Positions 1-12,135 of a DNA stretch of 64,000 nt are shown here, one piece after another. Positions within the stretch are counted from its first letter, which is position 1, and each line of letters starts with the position of its first letter. The notes beneath the pieces were generated by a model. The model was given only the letters and a program-made list of their open reading frames with translations. It was not told the origin of the DNA and ran no database searches. Source of the DNA: Macrostomum hystrix (Eukaryota; Animalia; Platyhelminthes); contig CATNEN010000031.1 of NCBI GenBank assembly GCA_950097015.1, forward strand, positions 1,178,001 to 1,242,000, given 5' to 3'. Made by a program: the position numbers and the translations under genes.

Positions 1-550
1 GAGTGGTTAATCCTAGTTTCTCTACACAAAAACAATTTCGAATGAATTTCGCAATGTCTGTGGCCCCTACCCGCTGAACGATGCTCAATGTCTATGGCTT
101 GACTTAACATCGTGTCGTAGAATGAACCCAGGCGTACATGTAGTATATCATTTTTCGCTTGATCTACAGCAAAGATTATAAATACCCTTTACCCTTTAAA
201 AAGGTATTTATAATCTTTGATCTACAGTGGCAGAGCGCCGCGCTCTCCCTATAGTCTATGGCTTAAACGGTTGGCTGGGGAGCCAATGACTTAATCCAAT
301 TGACGGCCCAAAATCACAGACGCACTGATGAATAGAGGTGAGAGTAGATACCGCTCGATCGATTGAATGTTAACGTTAAAACAGTCGTGTCAATAAAAAT
401 AGGTTGACAAAATAAACAAAAATCCACTTCTGACGCTGAAAGAGTTGAGAGATCTGCTACAGAAACGCCAGAGATTTCAGAAGTTTTTCTAGGAGCTGAT
501 GCAGGCTGTCAATTGTTGGAGCCATTGGCTAGGGACTGCGGGGCCTTTAA

Positions 551-948
551 CAGTAGAACTACCAAAGGGGGGAATTTTCACCGCCTGGCAATATTTTGTG
601 CTACATCCGAAAGGAGTAACGCAAGCACACGAAACTCAAGAACACGGGCCAACTTTTTGTTGCGCATCTTCTGAAACAAGAATCAAGTCGCCAGCTCTTC
701 CGACCGTCGAGATATTCAATATTTCTGGTCGAAGGTCAGATTTTTCCCATAAGCGCTAGTGTATTTCATACACCCCTATACACGAATTAGCACTGCGCCT
801 CAGTGCGGACTTGCTGGCCTTAAAAATTTAAAGGACCCCCTCGCCTAGTCGGTCAACCAATCAGTCACCACCCAACGCTGTTAGCCTTCAGGCGCTGCCA
901 AAAATGTTTCAGGATTCCCCTTTAGTATAAAAACGGGCGGCAAAATGT
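551..948 (+). mobile_element. Non-autonomous DNA element (piggyBac-like MITE family), partial copy
   Basis: Begins TTAA|CAGTAGAACTACC and is homologous, in the opposite orientation, to 52346-52909 (shared blocks such as GCAAGCACACGAAACTCAAGAACACGGGCC, CCCATAAGCGCTAGTGT, GAATTAGCACTGCGCCTCAGTGCGG). Right terminus not recognised in this copy. Confidence 0.55.
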
Positions 949-1061
949 CAAGTGTGACGCTCTCAAATGTCAAATGCTCACAAACTGTAGCTCGACATAT
1001 CTTAATGTCTTAAGGTGTAATTAGTGCGCAAGTACAGTTAAAAAAAACTATCCCTTTAAAA

Positions 1062-4000
1062 ATGCCAGTCGTTCAAAGCGGCGGTGTGCTGCTCAGATCG
1101 CGAATCATCATACAGAACGCCTGGCAGTCCTCTGTATCTCAGCAGTGCTTCAATACTAATTTGAGAAATGTGGCCGACACAACCTCAGCGTCTTATCGTT
1201 CGGGAAATACTAGCGGCCTGCAGTGGCTGCTGCTCGAACTGGAGAGCCCTGTCCGCTTGCTGTCCGTCACCGTTTTGACAAACTGTCAGTCATCCACTAT
1301 TCAGCTTATATTAGCTTTGGATGGTCTTCAGGGACTCAGCTAGTCTTCAGCGAGTGATATCAGGGACAGCGAGTGATATCAGGGACAGCGAGTGATATCA
1401 GGGACAGCGAGTGATGTCAGGGACAGCGAGTGATGTCAGGGACAGCGAGTGATGTCAGGGACAGCGAGTGATGTCAGGGACAGCGAATGATGTCAGGGAC
1501 AGCGAGTGATCTCAGGGACAGCGAGTGATCTCAGGGACAGCGAGTGATGTCAGGGACAGCGAATGATGTCAGGGACAGCGAGTGGTATCAGGGGTAGCGA
1601 ATGATGTCAGGGACAGCGAGTGATATCAGGGGTAGCGAGTGATATCAGGGGTAGCGAGTGATATCAGGGACAGCGAGTGATGTCAGGGACAGCGAGTGAT
1701 ATCAGGGGTAGCGAGTGATATCAGGGACAGCGAGTGATGTCAGGGATAGCGAGTGATATCAGGGGTAGCGAGTGATATCAGGGACAGCGAGTGATGTCAG
1801 GGACAGCGAGTGATGTCAGGGACAGCGAGCGATATCAGGGACAAGGGTAGCGATAGATTTACAATGCTAATTTTATCTTATTTTCATCAGCTAAGGGCCA
1901 AGGCGCGCTACTGGATGTTTTGATCGGCGACAAACGTCCAGATTTGAGTATGGTCTCTGACTGCCGGTCGACCATTGATAATAACGACCGGCTTCTGGAG
2001 TACAGCAAGTGCAGTTGCACACGCGACACTGAGTATATGTGCAGCAGCAGCAGCAGCAGCAGCGGTAGTATTGAGTTTCAATGCCCAAAGGTAAGTGAAG
2101 AATTCAGCTGCGCTTCACCTTATGTTGCATCTTCAATTACGAGCTTTTTTTCTTTTTCAATATAAATATTCACTCCTAATTAAATATAATACAACTTTAT
2201 TTCAGTTAACAAAGTACATTTTTCTCAGTAGATTAGGGCCTCATCCGAACGTTCTTGAGTTTAATGGCCTGGAAATTTTACCAGGTTTGTGCTAATTTTT
2301 ATTGTGCTCAAAACTTCGCGCTGCAAATAAGGGTCACATTGCTACAAAATCACACCTGTCTAATTAGAGTATCACACCTGCCTGTTGATAAGAGGGTGCG
2401 TGTCTCATTAGAGTATCACACCTGCCAGTTAATGAGAGGGTGCGTATCTGATTAGAGTATCACACCTGACAGTTAATGAGAGGGTGCGTGTCTCATCAGA
2501 GTATCACACCTGTCTGTTGATGAGAGGGGCCGTGTCTCATTAGAGTATCACACCTGCCAGTTAATGAGAGGGTGCGTGTCTCATTAGGGTAACACACCTG
2601 CCAGTTATTGAGAGGGTGCGTGTCTCATTAGAGTATCACACCTGCCAGTTAATGAGAGGGTGCGTGTCTCATTAGAGTATCACACCTGCCAGTTAATGAG
2701 AGGGTGCGTGTCTCATTAGAGTATCACACCTGCCAGTTAATGAGAGGGTGCGTGTCTCATTAGAGTATCACACCTGTCTGTTGATGAGAGGGTGCGTGTC
2801 TCATTAGAGTATCACACCTGCCAGTTAATGAGAGGGTGCGTGTCTCATTAGAGTATCACACCTGCCAGTTAATGAAAGGGTGCGTGTCTCATTAGAGCAG
2901 GCGTAGGCAAACTTATTTGCTGGCGGGCCAAAGAGAGAACCTAAAAGACGGCAGCGGGCCGCATTGACTGTATAAATATGAGATAGGGGAGAGATAAGAC
3001 ACGGGAGAGATGAGACACGAGAGAGATGAAACAGGACACTGTAGATGTCAGAAGGGGCAACGGGCCGGATTTGGGAGCTTCGAGGGCCGCATCTGGCCCG
3101 CGGGCCGGAGTTTGCCGACCCCTGCATTAGAGTATCACACCTGCCAGTTAATGAGAGGGTGCGTGTCTCATTAGAGTATCACACCTGTCTGTTGATGAGA
3201 TGGTGCGTGTCTCATTAGAGTATCACACCTGTCTGTTGATAATAGGGTGCGTGTCTCATTAGAGTATCACACCTGCCAGTTAATGAGAGGGTGCGTGTCT
3301 CATTAGAGTATCACACCTGCCAGTTAATGAGAGGGTGCGTGTCTCATTAGAGTATCACACCTGTCTGTTGATGAGAGGGGCCGTGTCTCATTAGAGTATC
3401 ACACCTGCCAGTTAATGAGAGGGTGCGTGTCTCATTAGAGTATCACACCTGCCAGTTAATGAGAGGGTGCGTGTCTCATTAGAGTATCACACCTGTCTGT
3501 TGATGAGAGGGGCCGTGTCTCATTAGAGTATCACACCTGCCAGTTAATGAGAGGGTGCGTGTCTCATTAGAGTATCACACCTGCCAGTTAATGAGAGGGT
3601 GCGTGTCTCATTAGAGTATCACACCTGTCTGTTGATGAGAGGGGCCGTGTCTCATTAGAGTATCACACCTGCCAGTTAATGAGAGGGTGCGTGTCTCATT
3701 AGAGTATCACACCTGCCAGTTAATGAGAGGGTGCGTGTCTCATTAGAGTATCACACCTGCCAGTTAATGAGAGGGTGCGTGTCTCATTAGAGTATCACAC
3801 CTACCAGTTAATGAAAGGGTGCGTGTCTCATTAGAGTATCACACCTACCAGTTAATGAAAGGGTGCGTGTCTCATTAGAGTATCAAACCTGCCAGTTAAT
3901 GAGAGGGTGCGTGTCTCATTAGAGTATCACACCTACCAGTTAATGAAAGGGTGCGTGTCTCATTAGAGTATCACACCTGCCAGTTAATGAGAGGGTGCGT

Positions 4001-7000
4001 GTCTCATTAGAGTATCACACCTGCCAGTTAATGAGAGGGTGCGTGTCTCATTAGAGTATCACACCTGTCTGTTGATAAAAGGGTGCGTGTCTCATTAGAG
4101 TATCACACCTGCCAGTTATTGAGAGGGTGCGTGTCTCATTAGAGTATCACACCTGTCTGTTGATGAGAGGGTGCGTGTCTCATTAGAGTATCACACCTGC
4201 CAGTTAATGAGAGGGTGCGTGTCTCATTAGAGTATCACACCTGTCTGTTGATGAGAGGGGCCGTGTCTCATTAGAGTATCACACCTGCCAGTTAATGAGA
4301 GGGTGCGTGTCTCATTAGAGTATCACACCTGCCAGTTAATGAGAGGGTGCGTGTCTCATTAGAGTATCACACCTGTCTGTTGATGAGAGGGGCCGTGTCT
4401 CATTAGAGTATCACACCTGCCAGTTAATGAGAGGGTGCGTGTCTCATTAGAGTATCACACCTGCCAGTTAATGAGAGGGTGCGTGTCTCATTAGAGTATC
4501 ACACCTGTCTGTTGATGAGAGGGGCCGTGTCTCATTAGAGTATCACACCTGCCAGTTAATGAGAGGGTGCGTGTCTCATTAGAGTATCACACCTGCCAGT
4601 TAATGACAGGGTGCGTGTCTCATTAGAGTATCACACCTGCCAGTTAATGAGAGGGTGCGTGTCTCATTAGAGTATCACACCTACCAGTTAATGAAAGGGT
4701 GCGTGTCTCATTAGAGTATCACACCTACCAGTTAATGAAAGGGTGCGTGTCTCATTAGAGTATCAAACCTGCCAGTTAATGAGAGGGTGCGTGTCTCATT
4801 AGAGTATCACACCTGTCTGTTGATAAAAGGGTGCGTGTCTCATTAGAGTATCACACCTGCCAGTTAATGAGAGGGTGCGTGTCTCATTAGAGTATCACAC
4901 CTGTCTGTTGATGAGAGGGTGCGTGTCTCATTAGAGTATCACACCTGTCTGTTGATGAGAGGGTGCGTGTCTCATTAGAGTATCACACCTGCCAGTTAAT
5001 GAGAGGGTGCATGTCTCATTAGAGTATCACACCTGCCAGTTAATGAGAGGGTGCGTGTCTCATTAGAGTATCACACCTGCCAGTTAATGAGATGGTGCGT
5101 GTCTCATTAGAGTATCACACCTGCCAGTTAATGAGAGGGTGCGTGTCTCATTAGAGTATCACACCTGTCTGTTGATAATAGGGTGCGTGTCTCATTAGAG
5201 TATCACACCTGCCAGTTAATGAGAGGGTGCGTGTCTCATTAGAGTATCACACCTGTCTGTTGATAAAAGGGTGCGTGTCTCATTAGAGTATCACACCTGC
5301 CAGTTAATGAGAGGGTGCGTGTCTCATTAGAGTATCACACCTGTCTGTTGATGAGAGGGTGCGTGTCTCATTAGAGTATCACACCTGCCAGTTAATGAGA
5401 GGGTGCGTGTCTCATTAGAGTATCACACCTGCCAGTTAATGAGAGGGTGCGTGTCTCATTAGAGTATCACACCTGCCAGTTAATGAGATGGTGCGTGTCT
5501 CATTAGAGTATCACACCTGCCAGTTAATGAGAGGGTGCGTGTCTCATTAGAGTATCACACCTGCCAGTTAATGAGAGGGTGCGTGTCTCATTAGAGTATC
5601 ACACCTGTCTGTTGATGAGAGGGTGCGTGTCTCATTAGAGTATCACACCTGCCAGTTAATGAGAGGGTGCGTGTCTCATTAGAGTATCACACCTGTCTGT
5701 TGATGAGAGGGTGCGTGTCTCATTAGAGTATCACACCTGCCAGTTAATGAGAGGGTGCGTGTCTCATTAGAGTATCACACCTGTCTGTTGATGAGAGGGT
5801 GCGTGTCTCATTAGAGTATCACACCTGCCAGTTAATGAGAGGGTGCGTGTCTCATTAGAGTATCACACCTGCCAGTTAATGAGAGGGTGCGTGTCTCATT
5901 AGAGTATCACACCTGCCAGTTAATGAGAGGGTGCGTGTCTCATTAGAGTATCACACCTGCCAGTTAATGAGAGGGTGCGTGTCTCATTAGAGTATCACAC
6001 CTGTCTGTTGATGAGAGGGTGCGTGTCTCATTAGAGTATCACACCTGTCTGTTGATGAGAGGGTGCGTGTCTCATTAGAGTATCACACCTGCCAGTTAAT
6101 GAGAGGGTGCGTGTCTCATTAGAGTATCACACCTGTCTGTTGATGAGAGGGTGCGTGTATGCTTAGGAGTCAGAAAAATGGGCAGAATTGCCTTCTCGCT
6201 GGCTGCGAGTCTAGTATGTCATCAAATGATGTGCTTTTGCCCGCAGCCCAACTGCAATTATTATTATTATTATATTATTATTATTCCTGCTGATGTGAGT
6301 GAGTGGCGCTCAGTGGAGTACCACGTCTAACAATGTACATCAAAACGCGCTCGCAGATTTAGATTCTGCAACTGTGGTAAACTGCCAAGGCTCTAGTCAA
6401 TGCTCAGCCGGTTTAAACCAATTGATTTCGAGTTACGACTACAAACTAGATCTTTGTCTACCTTGCAAAGCTGACCCCCAATGCAGCATTGAATCCGGTG
6501 TCTCAGTTGACGTGGTGAGGATTAATTTGAGTTATCCGTGAACCCACTACTATTGCATCTCTTGGCTAATTATTGCCAGAAAAATCTTTGACATTTTAGC
6601 GACTGTTCAATGGTCATAGACATCGGTTAAATTTCTCTGGCTCGTTTAACACTAAAACCTTGACGTGCAGTTACCAATGCCCGGACCGCAAAATTCGCAC
6701 CTTGAGCAGAGTTGTTGGCTTCCGTAGTGAGCACTTGCATTTTGATTGTCGATTACAGTTCTATTGGTTGCACTGATTGTAGGTAATTGGTTGCACTGAT
6801 TCAAGGTGATTGGTTGCACTGATTCCAGGTAATTGGTTGCACTAATTCAAGGTGATTGGTTGCACTGATTCCAGGTAATTGGTTGCGCTGATTCAATGTG
6901 ATTGGTTGCACTAATTCAAGGTGATTGGTTGCAGTGATTTTAAGTGATTCGTTGCAGTGATTGCAGGTGATTGGTTGCAGTGATTGTAGGTAATTTGTTG

Positions 7001-10000
7001 CAGTGATTGTAGGTAATTTGTTGCAGTGATTGTAGGTAATTTGTTGCAGTGATTGTAGGTAATTTGTTGCAGTGATTGTAGGTAATTTGTTGCAGTGATT
7101 GTAGGTAATTTGTTGCAGTGATTGTAGGTAATTTGTTGCAGTGATGGTAGGTAATTTGTTGCAGTGATTGTAGGTGATTGGTTGCAGTGAATGCAGTTGA
7201 TTGGTTGCAGTGATTGCAGGTGATTGGCTCCAGTGATTGCAGGTGATTGACTCCAGTGGTTGCAGGTGATTGGCTTACGTGATTGCAGGTGATTGGCTTA
7301 CGTGATTGCAGGTGATTGGCTGCAGTGATTGCAGGTGATTGACTGCTTTCCACAAACGCATCTGCCCCGCAGCAAAGCCACATGCTTTTTACCTCAATCT
7401 GATGCCCGGTGCATTCTGGCTGGCGGGCCGTGAGGCGTCTGTTAGCTTTAGCTCAGATCGCGCATTTCCGCTTCCGATGCACACCTGTTTGCTCATTAGG
7501 ACAGGATCGGGTGGTTCAAGTACTTTGGCGCTAACAGGGGAGAAGGTCAGTTGGCTACCCCACAATGTTGGCTGAGTCTTCAAAAGTTTGGCAAAGGTAC
7601 ACATTATTACTCTACAACCTAACACAACCCATAGACTACTTCATTCGACAATGGCTTATCGACGCTGAGCAGCGCGTTCGGGTTGGTCGTTGATTCCACC
7701 ATGCAAGGTGGATCCATCAAGTGTTCATCTAGTTTTCTAGAGGGCAACACAATTGAAATGACAAAAGAAATACCAAACATTTATAGTAAGCTTATACTGC
7801 CGAAGTAAATTCAAGATAACTCACAGCACTGACCCACCCCCATGTTCCCAAGCACTGCCCAACCCCCATATCCCCTAGCACTGACCCACCCCCATGTCCC
7901 CTAGCACTGACCCACCCCCATGTCCCCCAGCACTGCCCAACCCCCATGTCCCCTAGCACTGACCAACCCCTATGTCCCCTAGCACTGACCCACCCCCAAG
8001 TCCCCTAGCACTGACCCACCCCCCAAGTCCCCTAGCACTGCCCAACCCCATGTTCCCAAGCACTGCCCAACCCCCATATCCCCTAGCACTGCCCAACCCC
8101 ATGTCCCCTAGCACTGCCCAACCCCCATGTCCCCTAGCACTGCCCGACCCCCATATCCCCTAGCACTGATCAACCCCCATATCCCCTAGCACTGCCCCAC
8201 CCCCATATCCCCTAGCACTGATCAACCCCCATATCCCCTAGCACTGCCCCACCCCCATATTCCCTAGCACTGACCCACCCCCATGTCCCCTAGCACTGAC
8301 CCACCCCCATGTCCCCTAGCACTGACCCACCCCCATGTCCCCTAGCAATGACCCACCCCCATGTCCCCTAGCACTGACCCACCCCCATGTCCCCTAGCAA
8401 TGACCCACCCCCATGTCCCCTAGCAATGACCCACCCCCATGTCCCCTAGCAATGACCCACCCCCATGTCCCCTAGCAATGACCCACCCCCATGTCCCCTA
8501 GCAATGACCCACCCCCATGTCCCCTAGCAATGACCCACCCCCATGTCCCCTAGCACTGACCCACCCCCATGTCCCCTAGCACTGACCCACCCCCATGTCC
8601 CCTAGCACTGACCCACCCCCATGTCCCCTAGCACTGACCCACCCCCATGTCCCCTAGCACTGACCCACCCCCATGTCCCCTAGCAATGACCCACCCCCAT
8701 GTCCCCTACCCCGATACCGATTGTCTTCTGACCAAGAACACATCTTCTCAAACGCAGCTCCTTGCGAGAGTCGCTTGCTTCTGTTAGAGAACTCTACCAA
8801 TGGAGTACGCTTCACTGTGCACACATCTCCGCCCGGTGAGTGCAAGACAGCCGTTCACACCTGTCACCTGCTGCATAATGACGAAAGCATAAAACTGCAA
8901 GCCGTAAGGGTGAGTATCGCAACTGAATGCCTTTAAGTAAGCGAAGGTTATTTCCGTTTGTTTAAAATAATTAGTTTGCAATGGAAATTTACTAAGTCTT
9001 GTTGCCTGTGCTCCATTAGTCATCTGGGAGATAAATTTGAGAGCTGACAATCTGTTCTCAGGCGGAGGGAACCAGCAGTACCTACTCACTGCCGGCCCGC
9101 CTAGACTGGTGCGGCCCCGTGTGGATTAACTGCTCCGTGACCCAGTCTGGACTCTTTCAAGCATTGGAAAGCTTTGAACTGCGCGGCTTGAACTGTCAGA
9201 AAGGTAAATTATCGATTAAATAGCTAATCCTGCCAGAAAGTGCAACTGTCAGCTGACCCATCCACCCTCCCATTACAGTGCAAAAACTCAGCCTAGCGTA
9301 CATTCCAACTATTTTGCTTGTGTGCAGCTTGTCGATAATCCTGGCAGTCGGGACGTTATGGCAAAAACGACGACGTCAAGTCCGTCAGAGCAAGCCTGCC
9401 TATGTGGTCAGGCGTCCATCGACGATCCAGGAGTTCAGCGGAGTGGTGCCTGGTGCGCCTGGTGTAATCTATGAGCATGGCTACGAGGATGTTGATAACG
9501 AATACCAGAAGCTTCGCAGAATCGAAAATCAGATCGTATCGGAGTACGACCTGCTCTCACCCTCAGCCAATCATGCTAGCAACTCCCCTGACAAAGCAGA
9601 GGATCTTTACGACCTGCTCTCACCCTCAGCCAATCATGCTAGCAACTCCCCTGACAAAGCAGAGGATCTTTACGACCTGCTCTCACCCTCAGCCAATCAT
9701 GCTAGCAACTCCCCTGACAAAGCAGAGGATCTTTACGACCTGCTCTCACCCTCAGCCAATCATGCTAGCAACTCCCCTGACAAAGCAGAGGATCTTTACG
9801 ACCTGCTCTCACCCTCAGCCAATCATGCTAGCAACTCCCCTGACAAAGCAGAGGATCTTTACGACCTGCTCTCAACCTCCGCTCATGCTGATGGCAGCTC
9901 CACGGCCGAAGCTGAAAATGCGTACGACCTGCTCTCACCTTCAGCCAATCGCTCTGGCAACCACTTGGGAGACGGGAGAGAGTACTTTCAAGGTGCTAAC

Positions 10001-10039
10001 ATTCTGTCATCTCAGACGGCCACGCGAAGCTTGTTGTAG
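1062..10039 (+). CDS. Multi-exon single-pass membrane receptor: putative F-type-lectin/discoidin-like ectodomain, TM helix, cytoplasmic tail with tandem Tyr motifs
   Basis: Best-supported exons: ~1100-1284 (donor t|gtcagt, phase 1), 1891-2090 (ttttcatcag| ... aag|gtaagt), 8758-8835 (aaacgcag| ... g|gtgagt, phase 1) and 9279-10039 (cattacag|, phase 1, stop TAG). The last exon encodes a hydrophobic helix LAYIPTILLVCSLSIILAVGTLW, a basic stop-transfer QKRRRQ and a 21-aa repeat. Candidate middle exons (~6314-6515, 7373-7545) could not be joined unambiguously, and the 5' end is unresolved. Confidence 0.6.
1349..1842. repeat. 19-bp minisatellite (AGCGAGTGATRTCAGGGAC)n, ~26 copies, intronic
   Basis: Direct tandem repetition with period 19 (e.g. 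CGAGTG at 1351 and 1370). Confidence 0.95.
2340..6157. repeat. 44-bp minisatellite (GAGTATCACACCTGCCAGTTAATGAGAGGGTGCGTGTCTCATTA)n, ~80 copies, with internal hairpin and an 880-bp higher-order duplication
   Basis: Period 44 (CCTGCC at 2641 and 2685). TAATGAGA/TCTCATTA inverted repeat in each unit. Diagnostic variants recur at an offset of exactly 880 bp (3381/4261, 3513/4393, 3881/4761). Confidence 0.97.
2898..3124. mobile_element. hAT (Charlie-type) MITE, 227 bp, inserted in the 44-bp satellite
   Basis: TIRs CAGGCGTAGGCAAACT / AGTTTGCCGACCCCTG, perfect 8-bp TSD CATTAGAG (2890-2897 and 3125-3132), and the subterminal GGGCCGCATCTGGCCCGCGGGCCG motif typical of Charlie-like hATs. Confidence 0.9.
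6152..6285 (+). mobile_element. SINE family A, 5'-truncated 3' fragment with (TTA)n tail
   Basis: Matches the 3' part of the full copy at 33243-33609 (GCTCAGGAGTCAG...GAATTGCC..CTCGCTGGCTGCG...CAAATGATGTGC...ATTATTATT). Confidence 0.85.
6760..7340. repeat. ~23-bp minisatellite (GTGATTGTAGGTAATTTGTTGCA)n, degenerate at the edges
   Basis: Period 23 in the core (TGATTGTAGG at 6981 and 7004). Confidence 0.9.
7826..8710. repeat. 26-bp C-rich minisatellite (CCCCCATGTCCCCTAGCACTGACCCA)n
   Basis: Period 26 (CCATGT at 8281 and 8307). Lies just 5' of the 8758 exon. Confidence 0.95.
9545..9960 (+). repeat. Coding 63-bp repeat (21 aa, YDLLSPSANHASNSPDKAEDL): five identical plus two diverged units
   Basis: TACGAC(C)TG at 9545, 9608, 9671, 9734, 9797, 9860 and 9923, an exact 63-bp spacing, in frame in the terminal exon. 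Confidence 0.9.
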
Positions 10040-11478
10040 ACTGGCGGAAAATAGTGCAACTGTGTGGAAGAGTGGTGAAGACTTAAAAAAGTCACGGCTG
10101 AACTCTTATTGGTCAGTCAGTTCTTCGTTGATTGCTTTCCAACTAGTTGAGTGTTGCGTAATGCTTATTATATTGTTACCAGCTGCTCAAATCTGAAGCT
10201 CTGAATTTTAGATTTACGATTGTCGTTTTAGTATTACTTTTTGGTTATGCCCCCCCTTTTCAGGCGACATTGTACTTATTGTATTATTGTATTGTATTGT
10301 AGGTTATTTCTTCACCTAATGATTGAAGCCTACAATATGTGTAATCGAATTTTTTATTAATGGAAAAGTTCATTAACAATTTAAGTAAAATGCGTCCTGA
10401 TCAATCATATATTACACTAATGATTGGCAATATTTTCGTGTAAAACATTACTTTGAGTAGTCAAGCTTAAAATGAATTGCTTAATCGGCTATTGTACTCG
10501 AATTAGTCGACAAGAATAATCTAGACATTTGCAAATCATCTGTTTATTTAAGATTATTACAGTTTTTACTTAAGATTTAATACCGCTTTAGAAAACGCAG
10601 TTCACTTGATAGAGTCCACATCCAGATTGACAAAGCAATTCTCTAATCAACTGCCGAATTGAATGAACATAATTTACTTCCATTACCAGTTTTTGTGCGT
10701 CCTTGAAAACTTTACTTCGGCAATTAAACCCGTTACAAAAAAAGTATGTTTTTTCATTTTTTAAGAATATTCGTTAATTTAATTTTGGCTACGTTGTTTT
10801 ACTATTACTCTCACATTACTCCTTAATTATTAATTTAAATCACAAAAAGCAATAAAACCGTAATTTAAAAGCCGCTCAGATAAATAAACGTTGATTACAA
10901 CCGATTGATGCATTGAATATACGAAATCGACTTACTCACTCCTTGCGTTTAAAAAATATTTTTTGCTTAAAATTAGTCGACATTGACATTAAAATCTAAA
11001 ATATACTATACTAATGTACTGAAATATCGTATATAAAATATCATACATTATATATCGTATGTACTATGTTAATAAAAATAATACATTTTATTAATAAAAA
11101 AACTAGATTAAGATCTATAAAAACATCAATCAGCAAAGAATAACTACAAAAAAAGTATAATAGAAATAGCAAAGCAAATAGCATTTGGAAATAAGGCAAA
11201 GTCCTCCAAAATTTACAAAAATTAAGAGTAACGATAAAAAATATGTTTTTTTAAAATTATGATGGAGTTGTGATTATAATCCTAAATGACTTATTATCGC
11301 ATAACAAAACTCGTTTTCTAATTACCTAACAGTTACGATCGAGAAATCTAATACTTTTGTCAGCAAAATTTCTATAAAATGAGTCTATTTTTTGTAGTGA
11401 TAATTATTACTCAGAAAGCCAATGTTGAGAAACTATTAAAACTTTTACTTTTTTGTAGATGTCTCATGGCCAGGTGAT

Positions 11479-11705
11479 TTACGCTAAACAAATTTCTAAG
11501 ACACGATTTGCGGCGACACTAATGTAATCCGGATTTCGGCAAAATCTGCATGTCAGCTCACAGATCCTGTCTGCCGACGCATCTATTCGGCATTTTAGTG
11601 ACAGCTCTTCGCAATTACTTTTTGTGTTAGAGTGCAACTTGATAATTGTCTGGCACACAACAGGTTGTGCGACAACAGGCGCGGGACAGCAGCTGGCGGA
11701 GATTC
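11479..11705 (-). CDS. Terminal exon encoding an ShK/ShKT-like six-cysteine motif
   Basis: Acceptor ctgacag|g at 11706/11705, stop TAA at 11479-11481. Peptide C-x13-C-x6-C-x9-C-ELT-C-RF-C, whose C-xxT-C-xx-C ending is the ShKT signature. Upstream exon(s) not identified. Confidence 0.5.
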
Positions 11706-12071
11706 CTGTCAGCTGGTTAATGAGAACTGTCACTCGGTAAAAATAAGACAAAAACGGTCAGAAAGCTGTTAGTGGGTTGGCTACTTTCTATGTGGTAAAT
11801 AATCCCTCAGCAGGTAAAGAAGCTGTCCACAGGCAAGGCAGCTTCCAACAGGTAAATAAACTTAATCTTAGTTAAGATTCTTAATCTTAGTTAACAGTTA
11901 CCTGCTTCAACAGTTAGTGTGAGAGATACAATTCAGACTACTGACAACAGTAGAAAAGCAAAGGCTTGGCTGCAAAACTCTCACATAACATAACACTAAA
12001 AAAGTATCGCCATAAAATGGCAATGTTAAAAGAAGACTTCTGTGCACACTAAGAGTGGTGGGAGAGGACTG

Positions 12072-12135
12072 CGTGTGGCTATGGCTGACTGACGAAGGCA
12101 AACAAGCCAGAAACCGGTCTCGGTCTGCCAGCACG
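12072..12135 (+). ncRNA. Minimal type I hammerhead ribozyme motif (Penelope/retrozyme-like)
   Basis: Core CUGACGA (12089-12095); stem II GGC/GCC around AAACAA; GAAAC-CG-GUC (12110-12119); stem I GGCUGA(12083-88)/UCGGUC(12120-25) extended by CGUG-UGGC/GCCA-g-CACG. One non-canonical A.A position closes stem II. Confidence 0.7.

Noticed and set aside
2340-6157. CRISPR-like array (hairpin-containing repeat)
   Set aside because: Units are directly adjacent with no unique spacers, there are no cas genes, and the context is a eukaryotic intron.
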